Assembly: GCA_045651765.1 (NCBI GenBank)
Contig: JAZRSY010000008.1
Span: forward strand, 35,388-99,387
From: Acutalibacteraceae bacterium
GTDB taxonomy: Bacteria; Bacillota; Clostridia; Oscillospirales; Acutalibacteraceae
Direction: 5' to 3'
Length of the DNA: 64,000 nucleotides
Below are positions 52,314-61,853 of this stretch, piece by piece. Numbering within the stretch: position 1 is the stretch's first letter; each line of letters begins with the position of its first letter. The notes beneath the pieces are model-generated. The model searched no databases and was not told the DNA's origin. It saw nothing but the letters and a program-made list of their open reading frames with translations. The position numbers and the translations under genes were made by a program.

Positions 52314-53645
52314 TTATTTTGTTGCTAAAACTTGGTTAAGTTCTTCCATTTTAGCAGTGGCTTGGTTTTCCATTGATTGTATAAATGTTGTAATTTGTGC
52401 AGCGGTACCATTGTTGAATAGGTTCCAGTGGAAAGGATGAGTTTCGAATGTGAAAATATCACGAGAGATAGATTGATATTGATTATCGGTGGCCAATAAG
52501 GTCATCATAACATCATAAGCTTGCTCATTGTAATAATATGAGTGTGGCTCGTAATTAGCAAGGTTAGCAAAATAACCAACAAAGTAAGGAACAGCAGCCG
52601 GGTTCTTAGCACCTGTGGCAATGGAGAAACCTATTGTTTCGTTTATAGGTGTGAAAGCCTCTTTGCCTTCAAACTTGGGCATTGGAACAGCCTTAAAGTT
52701 ACCATATTTTTGAATTTTCATGGTTGCGTTTTCAGTTTCTAAAACATGAGTGTTACCAATTGCAAACAAGGTTGTGGGCTTCATGGAATCGAAAGTACCT
52801 GCGCCTTGTGTGAAGATTCTGTTAGCGCGGCCTTCTAATAAGAATTTCCAAGCATCTAACAGATCGGCATCGTAAAGGTTAAGGGAATATTTTGAACCGT
52901 CATATGTAACAAAGTCTTTACCAATAGTTTCGCCGGCCATATTGTAAAAAACGGTCTGCATGCCGTAATAATCGGTGCCTTGTTTAACCCATTCTTCGCT
53001 CATTTCTTCTAATTTTTCCCAGGTCCATTCGCCTTTTTTATAAAGCTCCCATGGGTCTTCAAAGCCCATTTCTTCCATAACTCTAGTGTTATAAACTATG
53101 ATAGTGAACCTTTTAAATGGTGTGTAAGAAAGACCAAATGCATAAGGAGTGCCGTTAACCGAATATAAATCGGCAGTGGATTTGCTCCAAGCAGGGCCTG
53201 AGAAATCGTAACCTGTTACAGAGATAGGTTGCGAGAACTTCATAGCATTAAATGTAGGTGTGTAGTTTGTGTAAACATCGGGGGAATCGCCGGTAGCTAC
53301 CATGGCTGCTAACTTTTCGTTATAAGTATCGCCATATTGGGCATCTATAATCTCAACATTAATGCCCGATTCTTGTTTAAACCTGTCAATAACTTGACCC
53401 TCTTGGCCGAAATCATACGGGTCGTACCAGTTCAAGAACCTAACAGTTGTGCCCTTAAGTTCTGCCGGCACTGAAGCGATTAATGCAGCTGAATCGAGTG
53501 CATTTTCGGCAGAAACACCAGCTTGTGTGCCTACATTATTGCCTCCATTGCCACCATTGCCACTATTGCCGCCGCAAGCAGCAACCGAAAGTGCCAACAA
53601 AAGAACAAGCATAAGGGCAACTATTTTTTTAATAGTTTTAGACAT
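52314..53645 (-). CDS. ABC transporter extracellular solute-binding lipoprotein (sugar/CUT1-like)
   Basis: 443 aa. Lipobox LSVAACGG followed by a Gly/Asn-rich linker. It has typical SBP_bac_1 size and composition and is the last gene of the locus. Confidence 0.82.
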   Translation of the reverse strand: MSKTIKKIVALMLVLLLALSVAACGGNSGNGGNGGNNVGTQAGVSAENALDSAALIASVPAELKGTTVRFLNWYDPYDFGQEGQVIDRFKQESGINVEIIDAQYGDTYNEKLAAMVATGDSPDVYTNYTPTFNAMKFSQPISVTGYDFSGPAWSKSTADLYSVNGTPYAFGLSYTPFKRFTIIVYNTRVMEEMGFEDPWELYKKGEWTWEKLEEMSEEWVKQGTDYYGMQTVFYNMAGETIGKDFVTYDGSKYSLNLYDADLLDAWKFLLEGRANRIFTQGAGTFDSMKPTTLFAIGNTHVLETENATMKIQKYGNFKAVPMPKFEGKEAFTPINETIGFSIATGAKNPAAVPYFVGYFANLANYEPHSYYYNEQAYDVMMTLLATDNQYQSISRDIFTFETHPFHWNLFNNGTAAQITTFIQSMENQATAKMEELNQVLATK

Positions 53646-53694
53646 ACTTTTTTCTCCTTTAATAAAAAATTTGTGTGTATTTGCTAAATTTATT

Positions 53695-54657
53695 TTAACC
53701 TACAATTCCTACTCTGTCAATACTTTTTATGAAATTTTTTTGCATTATACAATACATAACAAGCATAGGTAAAATGAACAACAAGCAAGCCGCCATTACA
53801 GCACCCGAAGAACTATTTGCATATTGGTCTAGGCCGAATGCACTCACTTTATTATATATTTTAGAAAGATTTACTGCTAAAATATCACTGTTGGTAAAGT
53901 ACATTTCGCAAAGGTAAGAATCGTTCCAGTGCCAAATAACACTGAATATTGTAACGGTTAAGAATGCAACGCCAGAAGACGGTACAACGATTGATAAGAA
54001 TGTTTTTATAGGACCTGCGCCATCAATAGAGGCGGCCTCTTCAAGTTCTTTGGGCATACCCTTATAGAACTGAACAAATATGAATATGAAAAGACCGGCT
54101 TTGAGTCCCACACCTAAAATACTTGGCAAATAGAATGCCCACGGGGTATTAAGCAAATTAGGTCGAATATCGGTTCCGATTAGGTTGCCTATTAATTTTA
54201 AAATTCCAAGGCAATCAAAATAACGCATGTTAAGCATTAACGGAATCATAATCATATTAGTTGGGATTAATATGGTTAAAATGAGGAAAAACATTAATAG
54301 TTTTTTCTCTTTAAAATCAAACCTTGCAAGACCGTATGCAAACACAGAGCAAGAAACAACCTCGATTAATCCTGAAACTATTTCGGTTTTAAGGGTATTA
54401 AACAAACCTATTGGGTATTGTAAAGCCTTCCACGCGATAGACATATTCTCTAACGTGTAGTGCTTAGAAATCCATACAACCGTTTGGTCTTCAAAATCGT
54501 AAATATGTCGGAACGAAACCGAAAGCATATAAATTAACGGGTATATGATAACGTAGCCTACAAGTAACAAAAATGCCCAACGTAATATTGTAACAACAAC
54601 AGATGTTGCTTTCTGCCTTGCCTTAAGAGGAGAAATTTCTTTATTAAATAATGTCAT
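53695..54657 (-). CDS. Carbohydrate ABC transporter permease (MalG-like)
   Basis: ORF 53695..54693. The ATG at 54657 (MTLFNKE...) follows an AAGGGGGA RBS. It has 6 TM helices and an EAA loop, EEAASIDGAGPIKTFLSIVVP. Confidence 0.88.
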   Translation of the reverse strand: MTLFNKEISPLKARQKATSVVVTILRWAFLLLVGYVIIYPLIYMLSVSFRHIYDFEDQTVVWISKHYTLENMSIAWKALQYPIGLFNTLKTEIVSGLIEVVSCSVFAYGLARFDFKEKKLLMFFLILTILIPTNMIMIPLMLNMRYFDCLGILKLIGNLIGTDIRPNLLNTPWAFYLPSILGVGLKAGLFIFIFVQFYKGMPKELEEAASIDGAGPIKTFLSIVVPSSGVAFLTVTIFSVIWHWNDSYLCEMYFTNSDILAVNLSKIYNKVSAFGLDQYANSSSGAVMAACLLFILPMLVMYCIMQKNFIKSIDRVGIVG

Positions 54658-54671
54658 TTTGTTTTCCCCCT

Positions 54672-55586
54672 TTAAGACCAGCGTTTTAGGCATAACTTGT
54701 TATAAACTGCAAGTATTACTGCCATGAAAACACCTATTATTAAAAAGTAAAGCCACAGCATTGCCGAAGATTTGTCGTAAACCTGTTGGCCGCTCATTAG
54801 ATCGAACGCCATAGACATTATATACTTTCTGGTTGTTATTAGGTCTATCATGGTGTAAACCATAACAAGTAAAATGTTTTGACCTAACATTGGGAAGGTA
54901 ATGTACCAAAATTCTTCCCATTTAGAACAACCTTCAACCTTAGCAACCTCATAAAGAGATTCAGGTATAGACTGCAAACCCGAAATAAACAGAATAATTT
55001 GAATTCCGCAGTTCCATAAAAGGTTAAATATACCGCTTATGTAACCCGAAATCAACTCGGTTAATTCGGCGGGCAGGCCTAAATTTTCTAGTACTTTATC
55101 AAAATTTATCATATTGCCGTAGGTGCCGGCAGACTCGCCCGAGGTAGCACCAATTATCATACCGCTTTTTGATAAATAATCAATAATAACACCGGTTGCT
55201 ATTATTACAGGCAAAAAGTAAATTGCCCTCATTACAATTCTGCCTTTGAATTTTTGGTTAAGAATAATGGCAAGAATTAAACTTAATGCCAAAATAATGG
55301 GAAGCTGAACCAAAAACACTCCCACGGCATCTTTAAGTCGGTTTAAGTAATCCGGGTCTTGATTGATTATGTCATTGAACCACTTAAAGCCTACAAATTT
55401 TGCCTCTACACCGCCCGAAATAATTCTTACATCGGAAAAGGCATAGCGTATAGAGTTAATAATTGGCATTACAAAGAACAATATTAAACCTATCTCCCAC
55501 GGGAGAACGAACAGTCTGCCATATCTGCTTTTTAAGGCCTCAACGCCTTTTGTTTTCTTTTTGATTTTTGTACCCAAACTGTTCAC
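54672..55586 (-). CDS. Sugar ABC transporter permease (MalF-like)
   Basis: 304 aa (GTG start, or the TTG at 55577) with 6 TM helices and an EAA-like loop, YEVAKVEGCSKWEEFWYITFPML. Confidence 0.85.
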   Translation of the reverse strand: MNSLGTKIKKKTKGVEALKSRYGRLFVLPWEIGLILFFVMPIINSIRYAFSDVRIISGGVEAKFVGFKWFNDIINQDPDYLNRLKDAVGVFLVQLPIILALSLILAIILNQKFKGRIVMRAIYFLPVIIATGVIIDYLSKSGMIIGATSGESAGTYGNMINFDKVLENLGLPAELTELISGYISGIFNLLWNCGIQIILFISGLQSIPESLYEVAKVEGCSKWEEFWYITFPMLGQNILLVMVYTMIDLITTRKYIMSMAFDLMSGQQVYDKSSAMLWLYFLIIGVFMAVILAVYNKLCLKRWS

Positions 55587-55590
55587 CCCC

Positions 55591-57810
55591 TTATTTAATT
55601 ACCAAATAGTCGTTGGCTTTAACTATGCCATCGGCTACGGTGTAATCGGAATTCGAATAATTTACATAAGTTTTAACGCCATTTGCGAAGGTTGTGCAAC
55701 GAACATCTTTTGTTATGAGTTCGTGGTTTACAATTGTTTGACCACTTATTGCACTGTAATAATCTTTAAATTCGTTGCCGGCATTAATAATAACATCTTT
55801 ATTACCTTTGTAAAGGCCACCGTATAAATCTTTATGTGGTGAAAGTGTTATGGTCTCGTTATAGTTGTTGTAAAGTGTAAACAACATTGAAGAACCTGTT
55901 TCAAGAGCATAAAGCTTTTTAGTTTCAAAACTCTCGCCCGCGTTCATAGCCTCGGATGTGATTTCGGTTTTTCCTTTAAATATCATTTGGTAGAAAGGAA
56001 TATCAGCCGTGAACATATCTTGTTTAGATGATGTGTGCGGAGCTTCGAAAATACAATCGGCAATTTGTGCAGCATAAACATTAGCGCCTGTGGCAGCAAA
56101 CGAATAACCATTTTGCTTGTAGTTGTTGGCAATTTCGCTTACCTGTGCGCCCATGCCGTTTTTAGCATAATATTCATCCGACGTATAATCGGAATAAGCG
56201 TTTGATGTTATGCTGGCAAAGCTAACGCCGCTAATATTATATTTACCGATTTTCTTGAGCAATTTGTTAGCAATTGCATCTAACTTTGTTCTGGTAATTA
56301 ACCTGTGGCGACTGTAATTGTCAACATCAGGTATATGAGCACCTCTGCTTATTTGATACACGTAAGCCGAGGCTTTAGTGGCTGTTTTGGCGGTGTCGAA
56401 TGTGTTATAACCGCCGCCTGCCTTAGCAAATTCGCTAATATTGAAATCTACAAACGAATCTATTCCGTTTTGTTTACAATATTCGGTAAGACTATTTAAC
56501 TCTTTTTTGCTGCCGAACTTGTTTGCTAACTTAAAGTTGCCGGCAATTTTGCTTATATCTAAGCCCGATTCGCCAAATCCATAAAGTTGAATATTGGGTT
56601 TAACGCCGGTTACCGAAAGTTCATTTAAAATGTTAGAAATATCGGAATATGTGGTAAGTGCCAATAATGATTTATACGGGAAGCCTATAAAGTTTTTCTG
56701 TTGACCTAAACCACCAATAAACTTAAGCGAATAAACCGAATCTTCTACATCGCTTGCAGCGTCATTGTTACCATAAAGGTATTCTTGGTACAACCTAGCC
56801 ATACCGTTATAGTTGGCATTCGCGTCGCTCAGTGGATAATAATCCACCGTGAACACGGCTTTTTCTAAGCGCTCGTCAGAATATAATTCCGAATCGTTTC
56901 CACTGCCCGACTGAATATAGGTGTAGTCGCTGTTGCGCAAATCAAAACTGGCGCAAATTGAACTGTAACCCGTTACATTGTCGGCTACTGTTGCGTTTAT
57001 TGATGCTGAATCGGCACCCGAAGAAATTATGGCAAGCACCGCATTGTTTCCTGTTTTAATGCCGTAAACCGGTAAATAAACATTCTTTTCGTTGGTTTGT
57101 TTGTCCTTAATTTTTCTGGCAGCATCGTTTCCGTAAACCTCTGACGAGGTTGTCATTTTTTCGGTTACGGGCTTGCTAATGTCAATTAAAGCACCGCTGC
57201 CCGACGGATAGAACATATAGGAATCAGCCTGGCCATGTGGAGCCGAGCATAAATAAGGTGCTACTTGAATGCTGTAAACCAAGTTCTCATTTTCAACAAT
57301 TTTAGATGTATCTATAGAAATGCTCATGCCTTTTTCTTTAAGAGAATAGGTTACAGGAATTAAAATTTCAGCATCTTTAAACAAATAGGTTACTGTAACA
57401 GCACCATCTGTAATTTCGGCCGAATATGTGCCCTTATTAACACTGTGAGTATAGGCTCTGGCGTCGGCAATGGCGTTTTCTTCGGCCATTTTATATGAAA
57501 CTAAAATTGCCGATTCTAAATAATTCCTTTGCCTTGCTTGTTTTTCTTCGGTTGGGGTGTTCATATAACCTTCCGGTGTGGTTGACCACTGAACACCCGT
57601 TGCCTTATCGGTAAGAACTACACATTTTTCGTCGTTATTCCAAGAAAGTATAAAATTGCTGTTTTCGTTAATAACGCCTTCTTGAATTTTTGCTTTAGGC
57701 AAAAGTGAGGTAACATCAACTGTAACCGTTTTGCCACAGCCTGCCATAGTGGTAACCAGCATAATTGCACAGATAGCGAAACTAACAAATTTTAATATAA
57801 ATTTTTTCAT
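55591..57810 (-). CDS. Large extracellular lipoprotein of unknown function (DUF5696-like by recollection; possibly glycosidase-like)
   Basis: 739 aa with lipobox TTMAGCGK. I can read no recognised catalytic motif. It sits between the two ABC permease pairs. Confidence 0.6.
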   Translation of the reverse strand: MKKFILKFVSFAICAIMLVTTMAGCGKTVTVDVTSLLPKAKIQEGVINENSNFILSWNNDEKCVVLTDKATGVQWSTTPEGYMNTPTEEKQARQRNYLESAILVSYKMAEENAIADARAYTHSVNKGTYSAEITDGAVTVTYLFKDAEILIPVTYSLKEKGMSISIDTSKIVENENLVYSIQVAPYLCSAPHGQADSYMFYPSGSGALIDISKPVTEKMTTSSEVYGNDAARKIKDKQTNEKNVYLPVYGIKTGNNAVLAIISSGADSASINATVADNVTGYSSICASFDLRNSDYTYIQSGSGNDSELYSDERLEKAVFTVDYYPLSDANANYNGMARLYQEYLYGNNDAASDVEDSVYSLKFIGGLGQQKNFIGFPYKSLLALTTYSDISNILNELSVTGVKPNIQLYGFGESGLDISKIAGNFKLANKFGSKKELNSLTEYCKQNGIDSFVDFNISEFAKAGGGYNTFDTAKTATKASAYVYQISRGAHIPDVDNYSRHRLITRTKLDAIANKLLKKIGKYNISGVSFASITSNAYSDYTSDEYYAKNGMGAQVSEIANNYKQNGYSFAATGANVYAAQIADCIFEAPHTSSKQDMFTADIPFYQMIFKGKTEITSEAMNAGESFETKKLYALETGSSMLFTLYNNYNETITLSPHKDLYGGLYKGNKDVIINAGNEFKDYYSAISGQTIVNHELITKDVRCTTFANGVKTYVNYSNSDYTVADGIVKANDYLVIK

Positions 57811-57829
57811 TTAATTTCCCTCCTGTGCG

Positions 57830-59962
57830 TTATCTGAAGAACAGTTCCATTGCAACTGTTTCTATGAAAATTTTAACCTGCTGGCATAAAATAAACATCA
57901 TGAATATTAAGAATATAATTAATATCATTGCTAACAGGGTTATAATTGTTGTGAACACAAATTTTCCAAAGGTAAATTCGTGCAGGTTGATAAGCCCCAT
58001 AACAAGAATAACACCTGTTAATATAATGCAAACATAATTAAGTATTGCTAATATATTAGCTTCGTTAAGGGTTAATACATTAGATAAAATATCGTAACCT
58101 ATTGCCTGAATTATCATTGGGATTAAGCTATAACTTGTTACAATATATATATCCTTTAACTTACCTTTACCCTCAAACAATGTGGTAACAGCCCAGTTGG
58201 CAACAGTAAACAAAATTACAAGGCCAAATGTTTGGGCTAAGGCATACCATGCGTTAACATCTTTAATGCTGGAATCGTTAAAAATAAATCCTGTTGAAAG
58301 ACCTATTATTTTAAACACATACCAAACGGCTAAAAATGCAGTTGCTATTAAAACAGAGCCGCCTTTGTTATTTTTAATTTCATAAAAAGTGTCGGCCGGG
58401 TGCAATAATGTTGAAATTGCTGTTTTAAATTTATAGTTTTTAATTAAAACAATGTTTTTCTTCTTTTTCCAATGTAAGAATAATATTAAAGCAACAACCA
58501 AAACAACAATTATTGCAACAATTAACACGAAGTTTTTGGTTAGAAAATCTTTTCTTACATATTCATACGCACGGCTATAGGTTGTGCGGTCCACACCTTT
58601 TTTAGCGTAATCTAAAGCTTCGTGGTAATTTTCTTGTAAAAGTTTTGCTTTAGCAATACCGCGATATGCCAAAATGTTATTAACATCTAGTTCTAAAACT
58701 TTGTTCCAATATGCTTCGGCATCGTTATAATCGCCCGAAATAGTTAAGTTTTGGGCTGTTTGAACTAAATCGCCATATGCGTTGCGACCAAACACGGTAA
58801 TATTGTTTTTAATGGCATCCACTACATATAACTTTCCGTTCATGGTGCTAATGGCTTTGGAACTTTTAAATGTGCCTTCTTGCGAGCCGAAATATACACC
58901 GCCGCCTATTGTAGTAATAAGGTTACATTCGTTATCGTAAACATAAATTCTGCCATAGGCAACGTCGCACACATAAATGAAGTTATTTTCATCTATGCAA
59001 ATGCTGGCCATATCGTGTCCTAATTCACGTGCGCCGTATTTAATCATTTCCTCGGTGGCAAACATAACACTTGCGGAATCAGAAACATCGGTTCCTGATT
59101 TATCTTTTAATATGTTTGTTCCTATTGGGTTAAGTTTTTTAACCGAACCTGTTGCCGAGGCTGTAGCTTCTGTGGAACCTGTACAGGTGTAAATATAACC
59201 GTCGGGACCAAGCTCCATATCTACAAACGAGAAAGGTAATATCTTTTCGCTTTTAGAAAGTTTTATATCGTTTTGGAAAAGCATATCCCAAAGGTTATTC
59301 ATGGCGTCTAATATGGTGGTACTTACAGAGTTAGCGCCAAAGAAGCCTTTGAACTCGTAATCGGGGGTGTACATTGCAGCACCGTGGTAGCTACCTTCAC
59401 ACAAAACGTATAAATAGTCCATTTCGTCTTTAACTATTTTAATTGGTGAATAGTGAAGCGATTCCGGCCACATTACAGTATCGGGTTTCTCTAACACCGT
59501 TGTAACATTGCCCAAAGTGTCGCCAATAAGCAAACGGTTATGTGCAGTGTCGGCTATGTAAAGAACATTATCTTCATCTATCAAAATGCCGCGAGCATCT
59601 TTAAAATCGCTAACTTCGCCATTAATTGTTACACTGCTAATAACACTAATAAGATTAAAGTTTTCATCGGTTATAACAATTTTGCCCGAGGCAGAATCTA
59701 ATATATAAATTTTGCCGTCGGTAGCATAAATATCATATAACGAACCAAAATTTTCAAGACCTAAATCGGCCGCTATAATGGTTTTTTCGTGCTCAAACAT
59801 CGGCCTTGTGTAAACCATTTCTTTTTTGCCCTGGCTACCGGCCCAATTTGATACAGCATCGTTAACGCTATCGCCAAATTCGGCAGCAGAAGCTGTTATG
59901 TTAAATGTAAAAAGGCAAAGGGCGCACAACAAAACCGCTAAAATTCTTTTAAAGTTTTTCAT
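57830..59962 (-). CDS. Fusion protein: signal peptide, NHL-repeat beta-propeller, TPR, and C-terminal Yip1-type polytopic membrane domain
   Basis: 710 aa. NHL-like blades IYILDSASGKIVITD, LYIADTAHNRLLIGD, IYVCDVAYGRIYVYD and LYVVDAIKNNITVFG. TPR-like segment DYNDAEAYWNKVLELDVNNILAYRGIAKAKLLQENYHEALDYAKKG. About 6 TM helices follow from residue ~470. Confidence 0.65.
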   Translation of the reverse strand: MKNFKRILAVLLCALCLFTFNITASAAEFGDSVNDAVSNWAGSQGKKEMVYTRPMFEHEKTIIAADLGLENFGSLYDIYATDGKIYILDSASGKIVITDENFNLISVISSVTINGEVSDFKDARGILIDEDNVLYIADTAHNRLLIGDTLGNVTTVLEKPDTVMWPESLHYSPIKIVKDEMDYLYVLCEGSYHGAAMYTPDYEFKGFFGANSVSTTILDAMNNLWDMLFQNDIKLSKSEKILPFSFVDMELGPDGYIYTCTGSTEATASATGSVKKLNPIGTNILKDKSGTDVSDSASVMFATEEMIKYGARELGHDMASICIDENNFIYVCDVAYGRIYVYDNECNLITTIGGGVYFGSQEGTFKSSKAISTMNGKLYVVDAIKNNITVFGRNAYGDLVQTAQNLTISGDYNDAEAYWNKVLELDVNNILAYRGIAKAKLLQENYHEALDYAKKGVDRTTYSRAYEYVRKDFLTKNFVLIVAIIVVLVVALILFLHWKKKKNIVLIKNYKFKTAISTLLHPADTFYEIKNNKGGSVLIATAFLAVWYVFKIIGLSTGFIFNDSSIKDVNAWYALAQTFGLVILFTVANWAVTTLFEGKGKLKDIYIVTSYSLIPMIIQAIGYDILSNVLTLNEANILAILNYVCIILTGVILVMGLINLHEFTFGKFVFTTIITLLAMILIIFLIFMMFILCQQVKIFIETVAMELFFR

Positions 59963-59976
59963 TGTTTACCCCCCTT

Positions 59977-60882
59977 TTAATCCTTCATACCGGAATTACT
60001 CATGGTTTCCATTACATTACTTTGTGAAATCAAATACACAATTATAGGCGGAATCATCATAATTACGGTGGTGGCCATGGCGTTACCGGCACGGGCAATA
60101 CCGCCTGCTGTAATCTGGCTCATTGCCGATGGCAGTGTTTTTAAAGATTCGGTAAATATTGTAGATACCGTACCTGTGGCCCACATTCCGCTGAACGAGA
60201 ACAACAACAATGTTAACCAACAAGGTTTAACCATTGGCATTAATATTTTCCAGAAAATGAGCGGATAGCCTGCACCGTCAATACGGGCGGCTTCAAGCAA
60301 TGCATCGGGCACCGAGGCGTCCATATATTGTTTCATAAGGAATACACCCATTGCTGATGGTATTGCGGGTAGAATATACACCCAATATGTATCAATAATG
60401 CCCATTTTTGAGAAAATAATATATTGTGGAACAAACAATGTTGTACCGTTATATAATAGCGCAAACTGAACAATCAAGAAAACAACGGTGCGCCATTTGT
60501 ATTTGCTTTTTGAAAAGAAGAAGGCTGCTGCCGCTGCACATAAAATATGCAAAACGGTACCAACTATGGTAATGAAAATACTGTTGAACACATACCTTGA
60601 AAGCGGAACCTGCAATTTAGAAAGCAGTGAAGGCAACAGTGTATAGTTGGAAATTGTTGGCCTTTTTACAAAAAACCTTGGTGGGAAAATTAAAATTTCA
60701 TCCAACGGTTTAAGTGAAGTTGATACCGAATAAACTAAAGGTAAAACGCTAATAATACCAAAACCTAACAGCATAATTACAAATATTGTTGTAACAGCCT
60801 TGGAACGAGTATAGCGTTTGTACTGTAATTCGCTTGTATCAAACAATTTAAATTTACGAAGTTTATCCCTAAATTTTTTCAT
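59977..60882 (-). CDS. Carbohydrate ABC transporter permease (MalG-like)
   Basis: 301 aa with 6 TM helices and an EAA loop, LEAARIDGAGYPLIFWKILMPMVKP. Confidence 0.88.
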   Translation of the reverse strand: MKKFRDKLRKFKLFDTSELQYKRYTRSKAVTTIFVIMLLGFGIISVLPLVYSVSTSLKPLDEILIFPPRFFVKRPTISNYTLLPSLLSKLQVPLSRYVFNSIFITIVGTVLHILCAAAAAFFFSKSKYKWRTVVFLIVQFALLYNGTTLFVPQYIIFSKMGIIDTYWVYILPAIPSAMGVFLMKQYMDASVPDALLEAARIDGAGYPLIFWKILMPMVKPCWLTLLLFSFSGMWATGTVSTIFTESLKTLPSAMSQITAGGIARAGNAMATTVIMMIPPIIVYLISQSNVMETMSNSGMKD

Positions 60883-60896
60883 AATTACAGCACCCC

Positions 60897-61853
60897 CTAT
60901 TTACCCATTCTGTTAAGTAGTTTTGCAACTACATTACGGAATATTGCCATCATGGCAAACAAGAATATAGAAATTGCTGCTGCATAGCCCATTTCCATAC
61001 GTGTGTTGGCAACGTCACCCAAATATGTAACTATTGTGTCGGCGCAGTTGTTAACCGTTGGGTAACCGCAAAGCGTTGTTATGGTGGCACCTATTGAGAA
61101 AGCGCCTGCAATTTGCATAACCGCACCAAACAAAAGAATTTCTTTCATACATGGTAGGGTTATATACCAAAGTTCTTGCCAACGGTTTCTAATACCGTCT
61201 ATAGCGCCGGCTTCAAAAAGTGACACATCTAAGCCCTGCAAACCTGCAATATCGGCCAAGAAAGAAACGCCTATACTCGACCAAATTGTAATTGCAATTA
61301 TAATTGGCACAATGTATGTTGGGTTGGAAAGCCATAAAATAGGCTCGTTTATAAGACCCACGCTCAAGAGTGCACTGTTAACATAACCGTAAGAGTCGCT
61401 GCTGAAGGCAATTTGCCAAATAAAGAAGGCGTTACCAACAAGTGCCGGAGCATAGAATAAAAACGACATAAAGGAACGAACCTTTGGATTAAACTCGTTT
61501 ATAAACCAAGCCAATACATAGGAAAGTAAAAATCCTGCAGGGGCGGTTGCTACGGCCAAAATAAGTGTGTTGGTTGTTATTTTTATAAATAAATCATCGG
61601 TAACGAACATACGAAGGAAGTTGTCAAGCCCTATAAACTTAGGGGCCGATAACATATCGTAAGAGAAGAAACTTAAAACAAGTGAAACCACTATTGGCAG
61701 TGCTGTAAATAAGCCAAATAAAATAAAGAAAGGAAGGGCCAGCGAAAATAACGATATCTCACTACCGCCAAACGACGACTTGCTTTTTTTCTTTTTAATA
61801 ACTTTATTGTTAGTCAAGGTTATATTCGCCTCTCTTTCTTTCAATTTCGGCAT
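60897..61853 (-). CDS. Sugar ABC transporter permease (MalF-like)
   Basis: ORF 60897..61859 starts at a TTG. Alternative starts are the ATG at 61853 and an in-frame TTG at 61817 that overlaps the upstream stop. It has 6 TM helices and an EAA loop, FEAGAIDGIRNRWQELWYITLPCM. The start is uncertain. Confidence 0.8.
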   Translation of the reverse strand: MPKLKEREANITLTNNKVIKKKKSKSSFGGSEISLFSLALPFFILFGLFTALPIVVSLVLSFFSYDMLSAPKFIGLDNFLRMFVTDDLFIKITTNTLILAVATAPAGFLLSYVLAWFINEFNPKVRSFMSFLFYAPALVGNAFFIWQIAFSSDSYGYVNSALLSVGLINEPILWLSNPTYIVPIIIAITIWSSIGVSFLADIAGLQGLDVSLFEAGAIDGIRNRWQELWYITLPCMKEILLFGAVMQIAGAFSIGATITTLCGYPTVNNCADTIVTYLGDVANTRMEMGYAAAISIFLFAMMAIFRNVVAKLLNRMGK

